Positions 1 through 9,811 of a stretch of 64,000 nt of DNA are shown piece after piece. Positions within the stretch are counted from its first letter, which is position 1; every line of letters starts with the position of its first letter. The DNA lies in NCBI GenBank assembly GCA_965279035.1, contig OZ257142.1:1376001-1440000 (forward strand), written 5' to 3'. The DNA comes from Bacteroidia bacterium. GTDB lineage: Bacteria > Bacteroidota > Bacteroidia > M30B66. The position numbers and the translations under genes are program-made. The notes beneath the pieces were generated by a model. That model saw only the letters and a list, made by a program, of their open reading frames with translations. It had not been told where the DNA came from and searched no databases.

Positions 1-85
1 ATTTATGATCAGTATATTGAATCAAGAATGGAATTAAAAAACAAAATGATTGTCATTCTAAAATGAATTATACTAACTGCATTTC

Positions 86-167
86 GCACAAGGGATTGAG
101 CCAGAGGAACGAAGCGACGAGGCGAAAGCCCGGTTCTGTTGGCGACGAAGGAGACAGCAGAATGTGC
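86..167 (+). ncRNA. Structured intergenic element resembling Bacteroidota Flavo-1-like/REP-like RNA motifs
   Basis: Nested complementarity: GCACA(86-90)/TGTGC(163-167), GGG(92-94)/CCC(129-131), GCC(100-102)/GGC(121-123), TTCTGTTG(134-141)/CAGCAGAA(155-162). GC-rich within AT-rich DNA. The family resemblance is from memory. Confidence 0.4.
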
Positions 168-171
168 CCAA

Positions 172-1509
172 TTATTCTAATTCTTTCAATATTCTCCAAC
201 TCTTCGGTAAAGCATTATTTATTCTGTTTGGTAACACATTTCCCCAGCCCAATCCCAAACCTTGGTAATTCATTCGATGCCAGCCACGGATATCGCTGCG
301 ACCGGCTAATGCTTCTTTTTTTAAGTAGTGCAAGGCTTCGTCGCGGCTAAGTTCTAATTGAGGAATATTGTTTTTCAACAACGTGCTCAATGCCATTTCG
401 TGAGATGGTAAAAAATCTTTTCCTTTCATTTCACCAGCTAGAATTCCACATTTCAGAATATGTAAATGTTTTAATAAAGGTGGAATGGTATCGAGTAATT
501 GGGCTGGTAAAATACTCGCTCCTAAATGTGTTTCGGAATACAGAAAGTCATCGGGATTTGTCATCCAGTGTGCTACTTGAGGAGGAATGCTTACTGGACG
601 GAATGCTGGTTTGTGATAGGGATTTTCTGCCTCAGATGTTTTCCGGATTGCCGATAAATAAAATCCTTCACCCAAAATATTTCCTGGGTAGAAACGATAG
701 CCCATCGCTGTTTTTACTAGTCCGGGATGTGCATCCAAGGAAGGAATATTCAGGATTTCGGCATCGAGTTCTTCGGAAATAAATCTACTTAAATGCTCAT
801 CTTCAGCTTCGGAATAACTGCAGGTAGAGTAGAGGAGAAGTCCACCCTCTTTCAATGCTGGCCATACATCGGTGATAATACGTTCTTGTCGCGCAGCACA
901 ATGAATTACCGCATCTTCCGACCAATGATTCATCGCAGCTGGATCTTTCCGAAACATACCGGAACCACTGCAGGGTGCATCAACCACCATAACATCGAAG
1001 AAGCCTTCTAGTTTCCCAAATTGACGAGGATCGTTATTGCTCACAATCGTATTGGCACTTCCCCAACGAATGAGGTTTTCATTTAAGATTCCTGCACGAC
1101 TTCGAATCACTTCATTAGCTACCAAGATTCCTTCACCTGCTAACCACGAAGCGATCAACGTGCTTTTTCCGCCTGGTGCTGCACATAGGTCTAAAACACG
1201 GATTTGAGCTTTCTCCTGCACTAAATCGTTCAACGCCGACCAAATGCTCATGGAGCTTGCTTCTTGCACGTAATACGCTCCGGTATGAAACAATGGATCG
1301 AGTGTAAAATCGGGGCGTGTAGGAAGGTAGCGTCCGTGTGAGCACCAATCTACTTTGGCTTCGAATTCAAAGGCTGAGCTTGGTTTTTCGGGATTCAGTC
1401 GGATGGAAACCGGAGCAGATTGTTGATGAGCTTCATTAAATCGATCAAGACGGAGTCCTGGTAATTGACTAATATGATTCTGAAAACCCGAAGGGAAAAT
1501 AATTGGCAT
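172..1509 (-). CDS. RsmF/NOL1/NOP2/Sun-family RNA m5C methyltransferase
   Basis: Motifs YYVQEASSM, DLCAAPGGKS, DAPCSGSG, YSTCS; C-terminal RsmF-like domain. Confidence 0.9.
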   Translation of the reverse strand: MPIIFPSGFQNHISQLPGLRLDRFNEAHQQSAPVSIRLNPEKPSSAFEFEAKVDWCSHGRYLPTRPDFTLDPLFHTGAYYVQEASSMSIWSALNDLVQEKAQIRVLDLCAAPGGKSTLIASWLAGEGILVANEVIRSRAGILNENLIRWGSANTIVSNNDPRQFGKLEGFFDVMVVDAPCSGSGMFRKDPAAMNHWSEDAVIHCAARQERIITDVWPALKEGGLLLYSTCSYSEAEDEHLSRFISEELDAEILNIPSLDAHPGLVKTAMGYRFYPGNILGEGFYLSAIRKTSEAENPYHKPAFRPVSIPPQVAHWMTNPDDFLYSETHLGASILPAQLLDTIPPLLKHLHILKCGILAGEMKGKDFLPSHEMALSTLLKNNIPQLELSRDEALHYLKKEALAGRSDIRGWHRMNYQGLGLGWGNVLPNRINNALPKSWRILKELE

Positions 1510-1520
1510 ACGGTAAAACT

Positions 1521-1550
1521 AAAAAAGCACCCCGAATTGGAGTGCTTTTG
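1521..1550 (-). terminator. Intrinsic terminator of thrS-infC-rpmI-rplT
   Basis: Minus strand AAAAGCACTCC-AATTC-GGGGTGCTTTTTT, just after the rplT stop. Confidence 0.75.
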
Positions 1551-1569
1551 AGAAAGAAAAGGTGTCAGA

Positions 1570-1914
1570 TTATTTTACCGCATCGCAGATAGCTTTGAAA
1601 GCTTCTGGATTGTTCATCGCCAAATCGGCAAGAACTTTACGGTTAATCTGGATGTTTTTCGCGTGGATTTTACCCATGAATTCGCTGTATGACATTCCGT
1701 GTTGACGAACACCGGCGTTAATACGCTGGATCCACAATCCGCGGAAATTCCGTTTTTTGGTTTTACGGTCGCGATAAGCATAGGTAAGACCTTTCTCAAG
1801 AATATTCTTCGCAATAGTGAAGACGTTCTTGCGGGCACCCCAATAGCCCTTGGTCTGGTTGAGGATTTTCTTTCTCCTTGCGCGTGAGGCAACGTGGTTG
1901 ACTGAACGTGGCAT
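1570..1914 (-). CDS. rplT: 50S ribosomal protein L20
   Basis: [16 protein letters not shown]...LWIQRINA...[10 protein letters not shown]; canonical operon position. Confidence 0.99.
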   Translation of the reverse strand: MPRSVNHVASRARRKKILNQTKGYWGARKNVFTIAKNILEKGLTYAYRDRKTKKRNFRGLWIQRINAGVRQHGMSYSEFMGKIHAKNIQINRKVLADLAMNNPEAFKAICDAVK

Positions 1915-1995
1915 GGTTTAGTTGGTGTTGTGATGAACAGCGTTACGCCTTTCGGGTACACTTAGTACTGAGCATCTGGTTAAAAAAAATTGATT

Positions 1996-2196
1996 TTACT
2001 TTCCAATCGTTAACATACGTTTAACGAGACCTTCATCAGCCTTGCAAACCAAACCAGAATGGCCTAGACGACGCTTCTGATCTTTTGATTTCTTGGTGAG
2101 AATGTGCCGCATAAACGCATGCTTGCGTTTGATTTTTCCAGAAGCCGTCAGCTTGAAGCGCTTTTTGGCACTGGAATTTGTTTTCATTTTCGGCAT
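1996..2196 (-). CDS. rpmI: 50S ribosomal protein L35
   Basis: [27 protein letters not shown]. Confidence 0.99.
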   Translation of the reverse strand: MPKMKTNSSAKKRFKLTASGKIKRKHAFMRHILTKKSKDQKRRLGHSGLVCKADEGLVKRMLTIGK

Positions 2197-2219
2197 TGTG
2201 AATTGTATTTGAGTTTTAC

Positions 2220-2786
2220 TTATTTCTTCTTTTTGGGAGACAGATACATAATCATCCGTTTTCCTTCCAGTTCTGGCATGCTTTCCGGCTTGCCAAGTTC
2301 TTCTAGTTCAGCAGCGAATTTCAATAATAGAATTTCACCTTTTTCTTTGAAGAGAATCGAACGACCCTTGAAGAAAACAAATGCTTTCACTTTGGATCCT
2401 TCTTGAAGGAATTTACGTGCATGATTCAATTTGAAGTTGAAGTCATGCTCATCTGTATTTGGCCCGAAACGAACTTCCTTCACCACAATCTTTGTGGCTT
2501 TGGCTTTCATTTCTTTTTGTTTCTTTTTCTGTTCGTAGAGAAACTTTTTATAGTCAATCACTCTACAAACTGGAGGATCAGCATTGGGAACGATTTCTAC
2601 CAAATCCAATTCTTGATCACGCGCTATTCGTAAAGCTTCCTCAAAAGAGTAAACGGCAGGTTCAATGCCATCTCCAACGAGTCGAACTTGTGGTACACCA
2701 ACAATTTTTAAGTTGATGCGATGTGCTTCTTCTTTTTTCTGCGGTCCCCGGTTAAACGGCCGTGGAGAGCGCGGTGGCATTGCTAT
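2220..2786 (-). CDS. infC: Translation initiation factor IF-3 (probable ATA start at 2786; in-frame ATG at 2780)
   Basis: [38 protein letters not shown] lies 9 nt upstream of the ATA. The ORF-track start at 2858 is inside thrS. Confidence 0.95.
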   Translation of the reverse strand: MAMPPRSPRPFNRGPQKKEEAHRINLKIVGVPQVRLVGDGIEPAVYSFEEALRIARDQELDLVEIVPNADPPVCRVIDYKKFLYEQKKKQKEMKAKATKIVVKEVRFGPNTDEHDFNFKLNHARKFLQEGSKVKAFVFFKGRSILFKEKGEILLLKFAAELEELGKPESMPELEGKRMIMYLSPKKKK

Positions 2787-2802
2787 AGCTTGGGTCCTCC
2801 CT

Positions 2803-4749
2803 TCAGTTGTTAGCGTAATTGGTTTGCTTATCGACTTCCTCGTTGACCATCCTGGCAAATGCTTCCAGACTCATTGAGCCTAAGTCGCCTTCTCCATGTT
2901 TCCGGACAGAAACAGAGCCTGTTTCCTCTTCCTTCTCACCAACAACAAGCATATAAGGAGTCTTCATCATTTCAGCATCCCTAATCTTTTTGCCGGCACG
3001 TTCATCACGGTCGTCAATAGCGGCGCGAATATCGTAATTTTTAAGCAGTTGTAAAACTTTTTTTCCGTACTCATTATACTTTTCCGAAATAGGCAGTATT
3101 ACTGCTTGTTCAGGAGTTAACCATAATGGAAACTTACCTGCACAGTGCTCAATCAAGACCGCAACGAAGCGTTCTAAAGAGCCAAAAGGTGCACGATGAA
3201 TCATTACCGGACGATGTTTCGCATTATCAGCACCCATATATTCGAGTTGAAAACGCTCCGGTAAATTGTAATCTACTTGAATGGTTCCTAACTGCCAACG
3301 GCGTCCAATAGCGTCTTTCACCATGAAATCGAGTTTAGGTCCGTAAAAAGCGGCTTCACCTAATACCACAACGGTGCGTAAACCTTTCTCAGCAGCAGCT
3401 TCGATGATAGCATTTTCTGCTTTTTCCCAATTCTCGTCGCTACCAATGTATTTGCTCTTATTTTCTGGATCACGCAATGAGATTTGTGCCGTAAAGTCTT
3501 TAAAATCGAGTGCTTGAAAGATCATAAACACCAAATCAATCACTTTCAGGAACTCTTCTTTTACTTGATCAGGGCGACAGAAAATATGCGCATCATCTTG
3601 AGTAAATCCGCGAACGCGTGTTAATCCATGCAACTCACCACTTTGCTCATAGCGATACACTGTACCGAATTCGGCCAAACGAATAGGTAAATCTTTATAC
3701 GAGTGTGGTTTGTTTTTATAAATCTCGCAGTGATGCGGACAATTCATCGGCTTCAAGAAAAACTCCTCGCCCTCGGCTGGTGTTTTAATAGGTTGAAAGG
3801 AGTCGGCTCCGTATTTTTCGTAGTGCCCAGAAGTCACATACAAATCTTTATGGGCGATATGCGGAGTAATTACTTGAACATATCCAGTTGCAGCTTGAGC
3901 ACGTTTTAGATAATCAACCAAACGTTCACGAAGTGCTGTTCCTTTAGGAAGCCACATAGGTAAACCTTGTCCAACTTTTTCGGAGAACATGAATAATTCA
4001 AGCTCTTTCCCCAATTTGCGATGATCACGTTTACGAGCTTCTTCCAACAAAATGAGGTATTCATCCAAATCGGATGCTTTGGTGAAGGTGATACCATAAA
4101 TTCGAGTGAGCTGCTTGTTTTTCTCATCTCCTTTCCAATAGGCACCAGCCACATTCATCAATTTCACGGCTTTGATAAATCCGGTATCGGGAATATGTGG
4201 TCCACGGCAGAGATCAGTAAAATTACCTTGTTCGTAGAAGGTAATTGTTCCATCCTCTAAACCTTCTAATAAGTCGAGTTTGTATTCGTCTCCTTTCTCA
4301 GTGAAATAAGCAATCGCATCTGCTTTGCTCATATCTTTCCGAACATAGGCACTTTTCTTTTTAGCCAGCTCCTTCATCTTCGCTTCAACAGCAGGAAGGT
4401 CTTCGGCTGAAATAGATCGTCCACCCAAATCTAAATCATAGTAGAAACCATGTTCGATTGGAGGACCAATACCGAATTTGATACCCGGATACAATTCTTC
4501 CAATGCTTCAGCCATTAAGTGAGCTGAGCTATGCCACATGGTACGTTTTCCATCTTCATCTGTCCACGTGAGTAGTTTCACCGTCGCATCGGAGTTGATA
4601 GTTCGAGTAGCGTCTTGAACTTCTCCATTAACAGTTGCAGCAAGGACGTTACGAGCGAGTCCTTCGCTGATGCTTTTTGCGATGTCGATAGCAGTAACGC
4701 CCGATTCATATTGGCGTACCGAGCCATCAGGCAGGGTGATGTTGATCAT
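2803..4749 (-). CDS. thrS: Threonyl-tRNA synthetase
   Basis: TGS N-terminus, [39 protein letters not shown]. Confidence 0.99.
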   Translation of the reverse strand: MINITLPDGSVRQYESGVTAIDIAKSISEGLARNVLAATVNGEVQDATRTINSDATVKLLTWTDEDGKRTMWHSSAHLMAEALEELYPGIKFGIGPPIEHGFYYDLDLGGRSISAEDLPAVEAKMKELAKKKSAYVRKDMSKADAIAYFTEKGDEYKLDLLEGLEDGTITFYEQGNFTDLCRGPHIPDTGFIKAVKLMNVAGAYWKGDEKNKQLTRIYGITFTKASDLDEYLILLEEARKRDHRKLGKELELFMFSEKVGQGLPMWLPKGTALRERLVDYLKRAQAATGYVQVITPHIAHKDLYVTSGHYEKYGADSFQPIKTPAEGEEFFLKPMNCPHHCEIYKNKPHSYKDLPIRLAEFGTVYRYEQSGELHGLTRVRGFTQDDAHIFCRPDQVKEEFLKVIDLVFMIFQALDFKDFTAQISLRDPENKSKYIGSDENWEKAENAIIEAAAEKGLRTVVVLGEAAFYGPKLDFMVKDAIGRRWQLGTIQVDYNLPERFQLEYMGADNAKHRPVMIHRAPFGSLERFVAVLIEHCAGKFPLWLTPEQAVILPISEKYNEYGKKVLQLLKNYDIRAAIDDRDERAGKKIRDAEMMKTPYMLVVGEKEEETGSVSVRKHGEGDLGSMSLEAFARMVNEEVDKQTNYANN

Positions 4750-4770
4750 AGTATTTAAAATTCAGGGTTG

Positions 4771-4778
4771 CAAAGATA
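4771..4778 (-). promoter_or_regulatory. Bacteroidota sigma-A -7 element (TAnnTTTG) for thrS
   Basis: Minus strand TATCTTTG, about 21 nt upstream of the thrS ATG. Confidence 0.65.
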
Positions 4779-4846
4779 ATCAGAAGGATGCTTGTTTTTG
4801 ATTGAAATGTGCGTGCGATTTATTTACTTTAGAGAAAATATTTGTC

Positions 4847-5296
4847 ATGACTATTTCTAGAATATTCCTTGCCCTTAGTTTGGTGCTTTCAAGTTTTACT
4901 TTAATAAATGCACAAGTTCTTAGAGAGCCTATTGTAGAACCGACTGAACCCCCTGCTGTAGATACTAAGGAACAAGTATTCACTATAGTTGAGGAGATGC
5001 CTGTTTTTGATCATGAAGGAGTTGATTTCAATACGTTCGTTGCGAAACAAATGAAATACCCACAAGAATGCGTAGATATGAGTGTTCAAGGAACTGTTTA
5101 TGTACGGTTTGTTGTTCCTGCTCAAGGAGGTGTTCGCGATATTGAAATATTAAAGTCTCCAGGGGAATGCAAAGCCTTGGAAAAGGAAGCCATTCGAATC
5201 GTAAATTTATCAAGTAAATTTTGGAAAGCAGGAAAGCTAAACGGGAAAGCCGTGAATGTTAACTTTACATTTCCAATTAAATTCAAACTTCAATAA
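4847..5296 (+). CDS. TonB C-terminal domain protein with signal peptide
   Basis: VFTIVEEMPVF...YP...QGTVYVRFVV...EAIRIV...FPIKFKLQ. The ATG at 4847 gives a signal peptide ending INA-Q. Confidence 0.85.
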   Translation: MTISRIFLALSLVLSSFTLINAQVLREPIVEPTEPPAVDTKEQVFTIVEEMPVFDHEGVDFNTFVAKQMKYPQECVDMSVQGTVYVRFVVPAQGGVRDIEILKSPGECKALEKEAIRIVNLSSKFWKAGKLNGKAVNVNFTFPIKFKLQ

Positions 5297-5346
5297 TCTA
5301 CTTACGAGTAATCACAAGCATTCATCATTACTTCATTTTCTTACTT

Positions 5347-5817
5347 ATGCGCCTTTCCATCATTTCTTTTTTCATTCTTGTTTCATGTGTATCTTATAGT
5401 CAAACAGTTCCTCCACCGACCATATCTCATATAGATTCTAAAATAACAATGGAAGGAGCAGTAAGTCCAACTGAAAGTTTGAATTCAACAGATGCGATTT
5501 ATACTGTTGTTGAAGAATATGCGCATTACAAGGATGGAGATGCTGCCTTGATGACGTTCATTGCTAAAAACATACAATATCCTAATATTGCATTAGAGAA
5601 TGAAATACAGGGGAAAGTGTATTTAAGCTATGTAGTGAATGTGGATAGTACGATTTCGGATATTACAGTTGCTCGATCGGTTGCGGGAGGTGATATTTTG
5701 GATAATGAAGCTATTCGAGTTTTAAAGCTCACATCCGGTGAATGGGTGCCTGCAAAAAATAATGGGAAAGTAGTTCGGTGCAGAATGATATTACCTATTA
5801 TTTTTCATCTGCAATAA
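5347..5817 (+). CDS. TonB C-terminal domain protein with signal peptide
   Basis: IYTVVEE...NIQYP.IALENEIQGKVYLSYVV...EAIRVLK...WVPA...LPIIFHLQ; tandem paralog of the previous gene. Confidence 0.85.
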   Translation: MRLSIISFFILVSCVSYSQTVPPPTISHIDSKITMEGAVSPTESLNSTDAIYTVVEEYAHYKDGDAALMTFIAKNIQYPNIALENEIQGKVYLSYVVNVDSTISDITVARSVAGGDILDNEAIRVLKLTSGEWVPAKNNGKVVRCRMILPIIFHLQ

Positions 5818-5891
5818 TTGATTTCAATTAAAGTTTGAGCAGAAATAAATATTCAAGCTCAATTTTAAAAAGTGAACGAAGAATTAAACTC

Positions 5892-7853
5892 TTACTTTTT
5901 CTTTTCCAGCAATAATGTGTATTTATTGATATCAGCAGCGGCATTGATAACCTCTCTGAAATTCATGTAATCCGAAACGGGATATTCGATTTTTGAATAA
6001 TATTCTCGGATTTTCATTACAACTTCATTTCCCAATAATTCCACTTTAATATCGATGCCGAATAAGTCGTTGCCTTCTTTGTCCTTGAATGCAAGTTGCC
6101 GGTTTTTATTCTCAAAACCTTTAGCTGTATATCCTTCAGGAATGGCAATTCGAACTTCCGAAGTATGGATATGAGGGTAATAGGATTGAATTATGTTTTG
6201 ACGTTCAAGTTTATCATACATCTGAACCTGAGGACCGATCAATTCACCATATTTTACTAAAAGATTTTCACCATTTTGTTCTAAATATTCATCCGTTTCC
6301 CATTGATAATTTAAAACGAATGGTAGATAGTATTCTTTAAAATCGTTCACATTATGATTTTCCGCAGAAACGATCATAAATACACCTTCTTTTCTCTCAT
6401 TTCGAATTTGTTCTTCAATGAGTTCCTTGGCTTTTTCCTCTCCTGCAATGGTGTATAAAATTTTTCGTCCATCATCCGCATAGGAATTTCCATGATAAAT
6501 GGTATGAACTGTCATTTTATTTTCAGCATCCCAGGTGACATTTATTTTATAATCTCTCGAAACATCTTCAGTTTTATTTACTGGTATTTTGTCGATTCTA
6601 GTGACTCCTGACCATTGATCGCCTAATTGAATCGGTTTAACAAACATGGCTTTCTGACCTAAATACAAGGAACTAATTTCACCTACTCTGAGAGCACGAT
6701 CGACAGGATCGGTGAACAATTTATATGAAGGAAAATAAAAGAGAGGATCTTCAATAAAACTTGGAGAAGGGAAATCAGCATCGAATTTTTTCTTCGAACG
6801 AATCACTGTATAAGCTATTTCCCATGGAATTCCTAATTCCTGAAATATCATGATGTATACTCTCAAGACTGAATATTCATCACCGTATTTAGCTTTAAAC
6901 ATTTTCTCAACATCATTCATGTAGGGATAATCTTTCGAAACATTGATCGTGTTTTTCAGGTAATTCTCGATGGCAAATAATTGTTCTTTTCCACTGAGTT
7001 TGTCCCAACCTTGCGTCTTAATCATCTTACTCACGAACTTATGCTCACTTTTCTCGGTAGTCATGAAAAATTCCATTCTATTTCTTCCTTTCTCAGCCCA
7101 AGAATTAAATTTTTTATTGGTAGAAAAATTTTGAGCTAGTGCGAATTCGACTCTCGTTTTTTGAGATTGAGTCATGGAATAGGATTCATCCATAATTGGA
7201 TCTAATTTTCCAATGTTTGCGTATTGATAGCGATCCGTTTCATCTATTACTGTATCATTAAACGTAATGTTGTTTGGATATAATTTAAGTGCAAATTCAA
7301 CGGTTGCTGGACATCTTAAAATGAAATTCGATTTTCTAACTGGATAGCTTTTTTGAATGGTCATCCAGCCAGAATCTGAATAACTATGAAGAGTAATAAT
7401 TAATTTTTCAATCATCTGCCCTTTCTTCAATCCCTCAACTGCCATTTGTTTGTAGCGAGCTGATTCCTCAACAACCGACATCATTTCAGAGCCATCATGC
7501 TCTTTCACCACTTTTCCATTTTCGATGATTCGGATTCTAAAATAAATTAAGGAATCTTGATCACTTACTGGAACATATACTTTATTATTATTATCAATTG
7601 CTGATTCACTATTTAAATAGAGCATATCATGTTCAACAATCATTTTGACTGCAGCATTGGTATTGGGAAATAGACCAAACCAAACATATGTATTGTCGAA
7701 CATAGCTGTTAAAGGCTCAGCCAAAGCGATTGAATCTGGTTTTATTGCCAAGGTCGAATCGTTCAATTTAAAATCAAATGGATCGAATTTAAATTGAGCT
7801 TGAACAGAAAGAATTGAAATAATAAAAGTGAGTGATAGAATTATTCTTTTCAT
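5892..7853 (-). CDS. Exported DUF3857/transglutaminase-like protein, catalytic Cys apparently absent
   Basis: Signal peptide VQA-Q. Architecture parallels the upstream gene. KYGDEY occupies the position of YGDCKD. C-terminal IAIPEGY domain. Confidence 0.7.
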   Translation of the reverse strand: MKRIILSLTFIISILSVQAQFKFDPFDFKLNDSTLAIKPDSIALAEPLTAMFDNTYVWFGLFPNTNAAVKMIVEHDMLYLNSESAIDNNNKVYVPVSDQDSLIYFRIRIIENGKVVKEHDGSEMMSVVEESARYKQMAVEGLKKGQMIEKLIITLHSYSDSGWMTIQKSYPVRKSNFILRCPATVEFALKLYPNNITFNDTVIDETDRYQYANIGKLDPIMDESYSMTQSQKTRVEFALAQNFSTNKKFNSWAEKGRNRMEFFMTTEKSEHKFVSKMIKTQGWDKLSGKEQLFAIENYLKNTINVSKDYPYMNDVEKMFKAKYGDEYSVLRVYIMIFQELGIPWEIAYTVIRSKKKFDADFPSPSFIEDPLFYFPSYKLFTDPVDRALRVGEISSLYLGQKAMFVKPIQLGDQWSGVTRIDKIPVNKTEDVSRDYKINVTWDAENKMTVHTIYHGNSYADDGRKILYTIAGEEKAKELIEEQIRNERKEGVFMIVSAENHNVNDFKEYYLPFVLNYQWETDEYLEQNGENLLVKYGELIGPQVQMYDKLERQNIIQSYYPHIHTSEVRIAIPEGYTAKGFENKNRQLAFKDKEGNDLFGIDIKVELLGNEVVMKIREYYSKIEYPVSDYMNFREVINAAADINKYTLLLEKKK

Positions 7854-9811
7854 TTTTTGGGCAATATGGAGATGGATTCTTTATACACTTTGTTTAACAC
7901 ATTAATTCCTTTGTTCCAATCATTAAATCGATCTGGCTCAATAAACATAGCATTTACTTTTAAAATGGAACTCAGCTCAACTACTGAATTTGTTTCATTA
8001 TAAGATCGCTTGAAAGATATTAAATCGGAAGAAAATTCTTGATTTACAGGTAAATCATTCGTTTTATATCCTTTAGGCAACTCAAATTTTACGTTAAGCG
8101 AGTTCGTATATCGAAAAATATAGGAAATTGGAACGTTTCGATTCGTTTCTTTCACCTGTTCATTCATCATGGGTTTCATAAGGAATAGATTCAGGTAAAA
8201 ATTACTGTCGATCTTAGTTGCATAATCAGGAAGTTCAATTCGATATTCAATAGAAATAGGTTTATGAATATCTGAATTTCCTGAAATTGAATAATCAATA
8301 ATTTTTGATTTACTGTAGTTGTGTTTCAAATAACTATGGATATATTCTTTTTTGTCTTTATCATTCAAGTCGTTATAACTCGAAATAAACCTCCAACGGG
8401 CAAAACCACTAAAATTTATTTTGCCGCTTATTTCGATCAGATTCATTGAATTGAAATGCATGGAAATCGTATCAGAAATGGTATTTAAATCGACATTCAT
8501 TTCAGGTATTTTGGCAATTTCAAAATGATTCTCATCAATCGAAATCATCGCTTCTTTTCCTTGAATAAAGGAAGAGGGATAACTTATTGGAAGAAATTCG
8601 GCAGTCGCATCAAAAAACATCCATTCTTTTCCAATTTTCTTTGATAGAATCATGTGATTTGAACTCGATAATAATGGCAATTCCTTATATGTATAGGGAA
8701 TATCTCGAGTACCAACCCAGGTTAAATACGAAGTAATGTTTGCTTGCTTTAATAGGGTTTGAAGTAAAGCAGCTTTATCTTTACAATCACCATAACGACG
8801 GTCGAACACATCGTTTGAAGGTCTTGGGTAAAATCCACCTAATCCATCTTCAATGGCTATGTATCGAATATGTTGTTGAACCCAATAATAGATTTTTTCG
8901 ATTAATGCTAAAGAGTCGTTTGAGGGAACCGTTGATTTTAAGGAATCGACAAGAGAAACTATCCCATTTGAAATAGAATCCTTATTTAAATCTTTAATAA
9001 AAACGAAATTATTCTTATATAATTCTTCAACAGTTCCTGATATGGTTGTGGTTTTTCCTTTAGAAGAATATGATTTTAAAATGTAAAAAAGATGAGGACT
9101 GAAATAGGCGCGTGAAGTTTCATTGTCATATTCTTTTTCGGGCTGAATATTATTCATCTGCTTGTAATAAACAGTAGATCCCTTAGATTTTTCACTACTT
9201 GAAATTACTTTAGAAGTATCTCCAAACATTCGTATTTCTAAATCAATATTTTCGGGGCAGATGATTGAAATTTTAGATTCAGAAACTGGAATGCTGTATC
9301 CAGTAATAAAATAAAAAGGGATAGCATACAATGGGTCTTTAATATGATATCGGTATTTAAGTTCAGAAACTGCTCTATTCTGAAGGCCTTGAAACATAAT
9401 TTTCGCTTGCATCATGTCATCATAAAATAATCCTGATGAGATGTTTGAAAAATGTTCTGTTTCGGCTGCCTTTATTTTTTTATAAGATTTTCCATCTGGA
9501 ATCCAGGTGCATGCATCTAAATTTTCAAGCAAGAAAAAACGCTCAGAGTAGGGGATAATTCTTTCATTTCCAACAATTCCCTGTTCATTTAGATATAAAA
9601 TATGCTCATCAAATTCTATATATATTTCAGGTTTTCCCTTTTGAAATTCAATACTTACTTTTTCAGTATGATTTAAAACAACAGCTTTCTTTTCTCCTGC
9701 AAGTTTAAGCATATCGGCTTCATTGAATTGAGGAACTTGTCCATATCCAATAGAATTCAATAAGCCTAGAAAAACAATAAAAACAAATGTTCCTTTATGG
9801 AATATATTCAT
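7850..9811 (-). CDS. Exported DUF3857 + transglutaminase-like core protein
   Basis: YWVQQHIRYIAIEDG, YGDCKDKA (Cys), SNHMI (His), FFDAT (Asp). The ATG at 9811 gives a signal peptide. ATGA overlap with the next gene. Confidence 0.85.
   Translation of the reverse strand: MNIFHKGTFVFIVFLGLLNSIGYGQVPQFNEADMLKLAGEKKAVVLNHTEKVSIEFQKGKPEIYIEFDEHILYLNEQGIVGNERIIPYSERFFLLENLDACTWIPDGKSYKKIKAAETEHFSNISSGLFYDDMMQAKIMFQGLQNRAVSELKYRYHIKDPLYAIPFYFITGYSIPVSESKISIICPENIDLEIRMFGDTSKVISSSEKSKGSTVYYKQMNNIQPEKEYDNETSRAYFSPHLFYILKSYSSKGKTTTISGTVEELYKNNFVFIKDLNKDSISNGIVSLVDSLKSTVPSNDSLALIEKIYYWVQQHIRYIAIEDGLGGFYPRPSNDVFDRRYGDCKDKAALLQTLLKQANITSYLTWVGTRDIPYTYKELPLLSSSNHMILSKKIGKEWMFFDATAEFLPISYPSSFIQGKEAMISIDENHFEIAKIPEMNVDLNTISDTISMHFNSMNLIEISGKINFSGFARWRFISSYNDLNDKDKKEYIHSYLKHNYSKSKIIDYSISGNSDIHKPISIEYRIELPDYATKIDSNFYLNLFLMKPMMNEQVKETNRNVPISYIFRYTNSLNVKFELPKGYKTNDLPVNQEFSSDLISFKRSYNETNSVVELSSILKVNAMFIEPDRFNDWNKGINVLNKVYKESISILPKK

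Noticed and set aside
63-350. 95-aa plus-strand ORF
   Set aside because: It overlaps the structured element and runs antisense to the methyltransferase gene, with no protein-like motifs.
1614-1961. 115-aa alternative-frame ORF overlapping rplT
   Set aside because: No recognisable motifs; explained as a frame shadow of a conserved gene.
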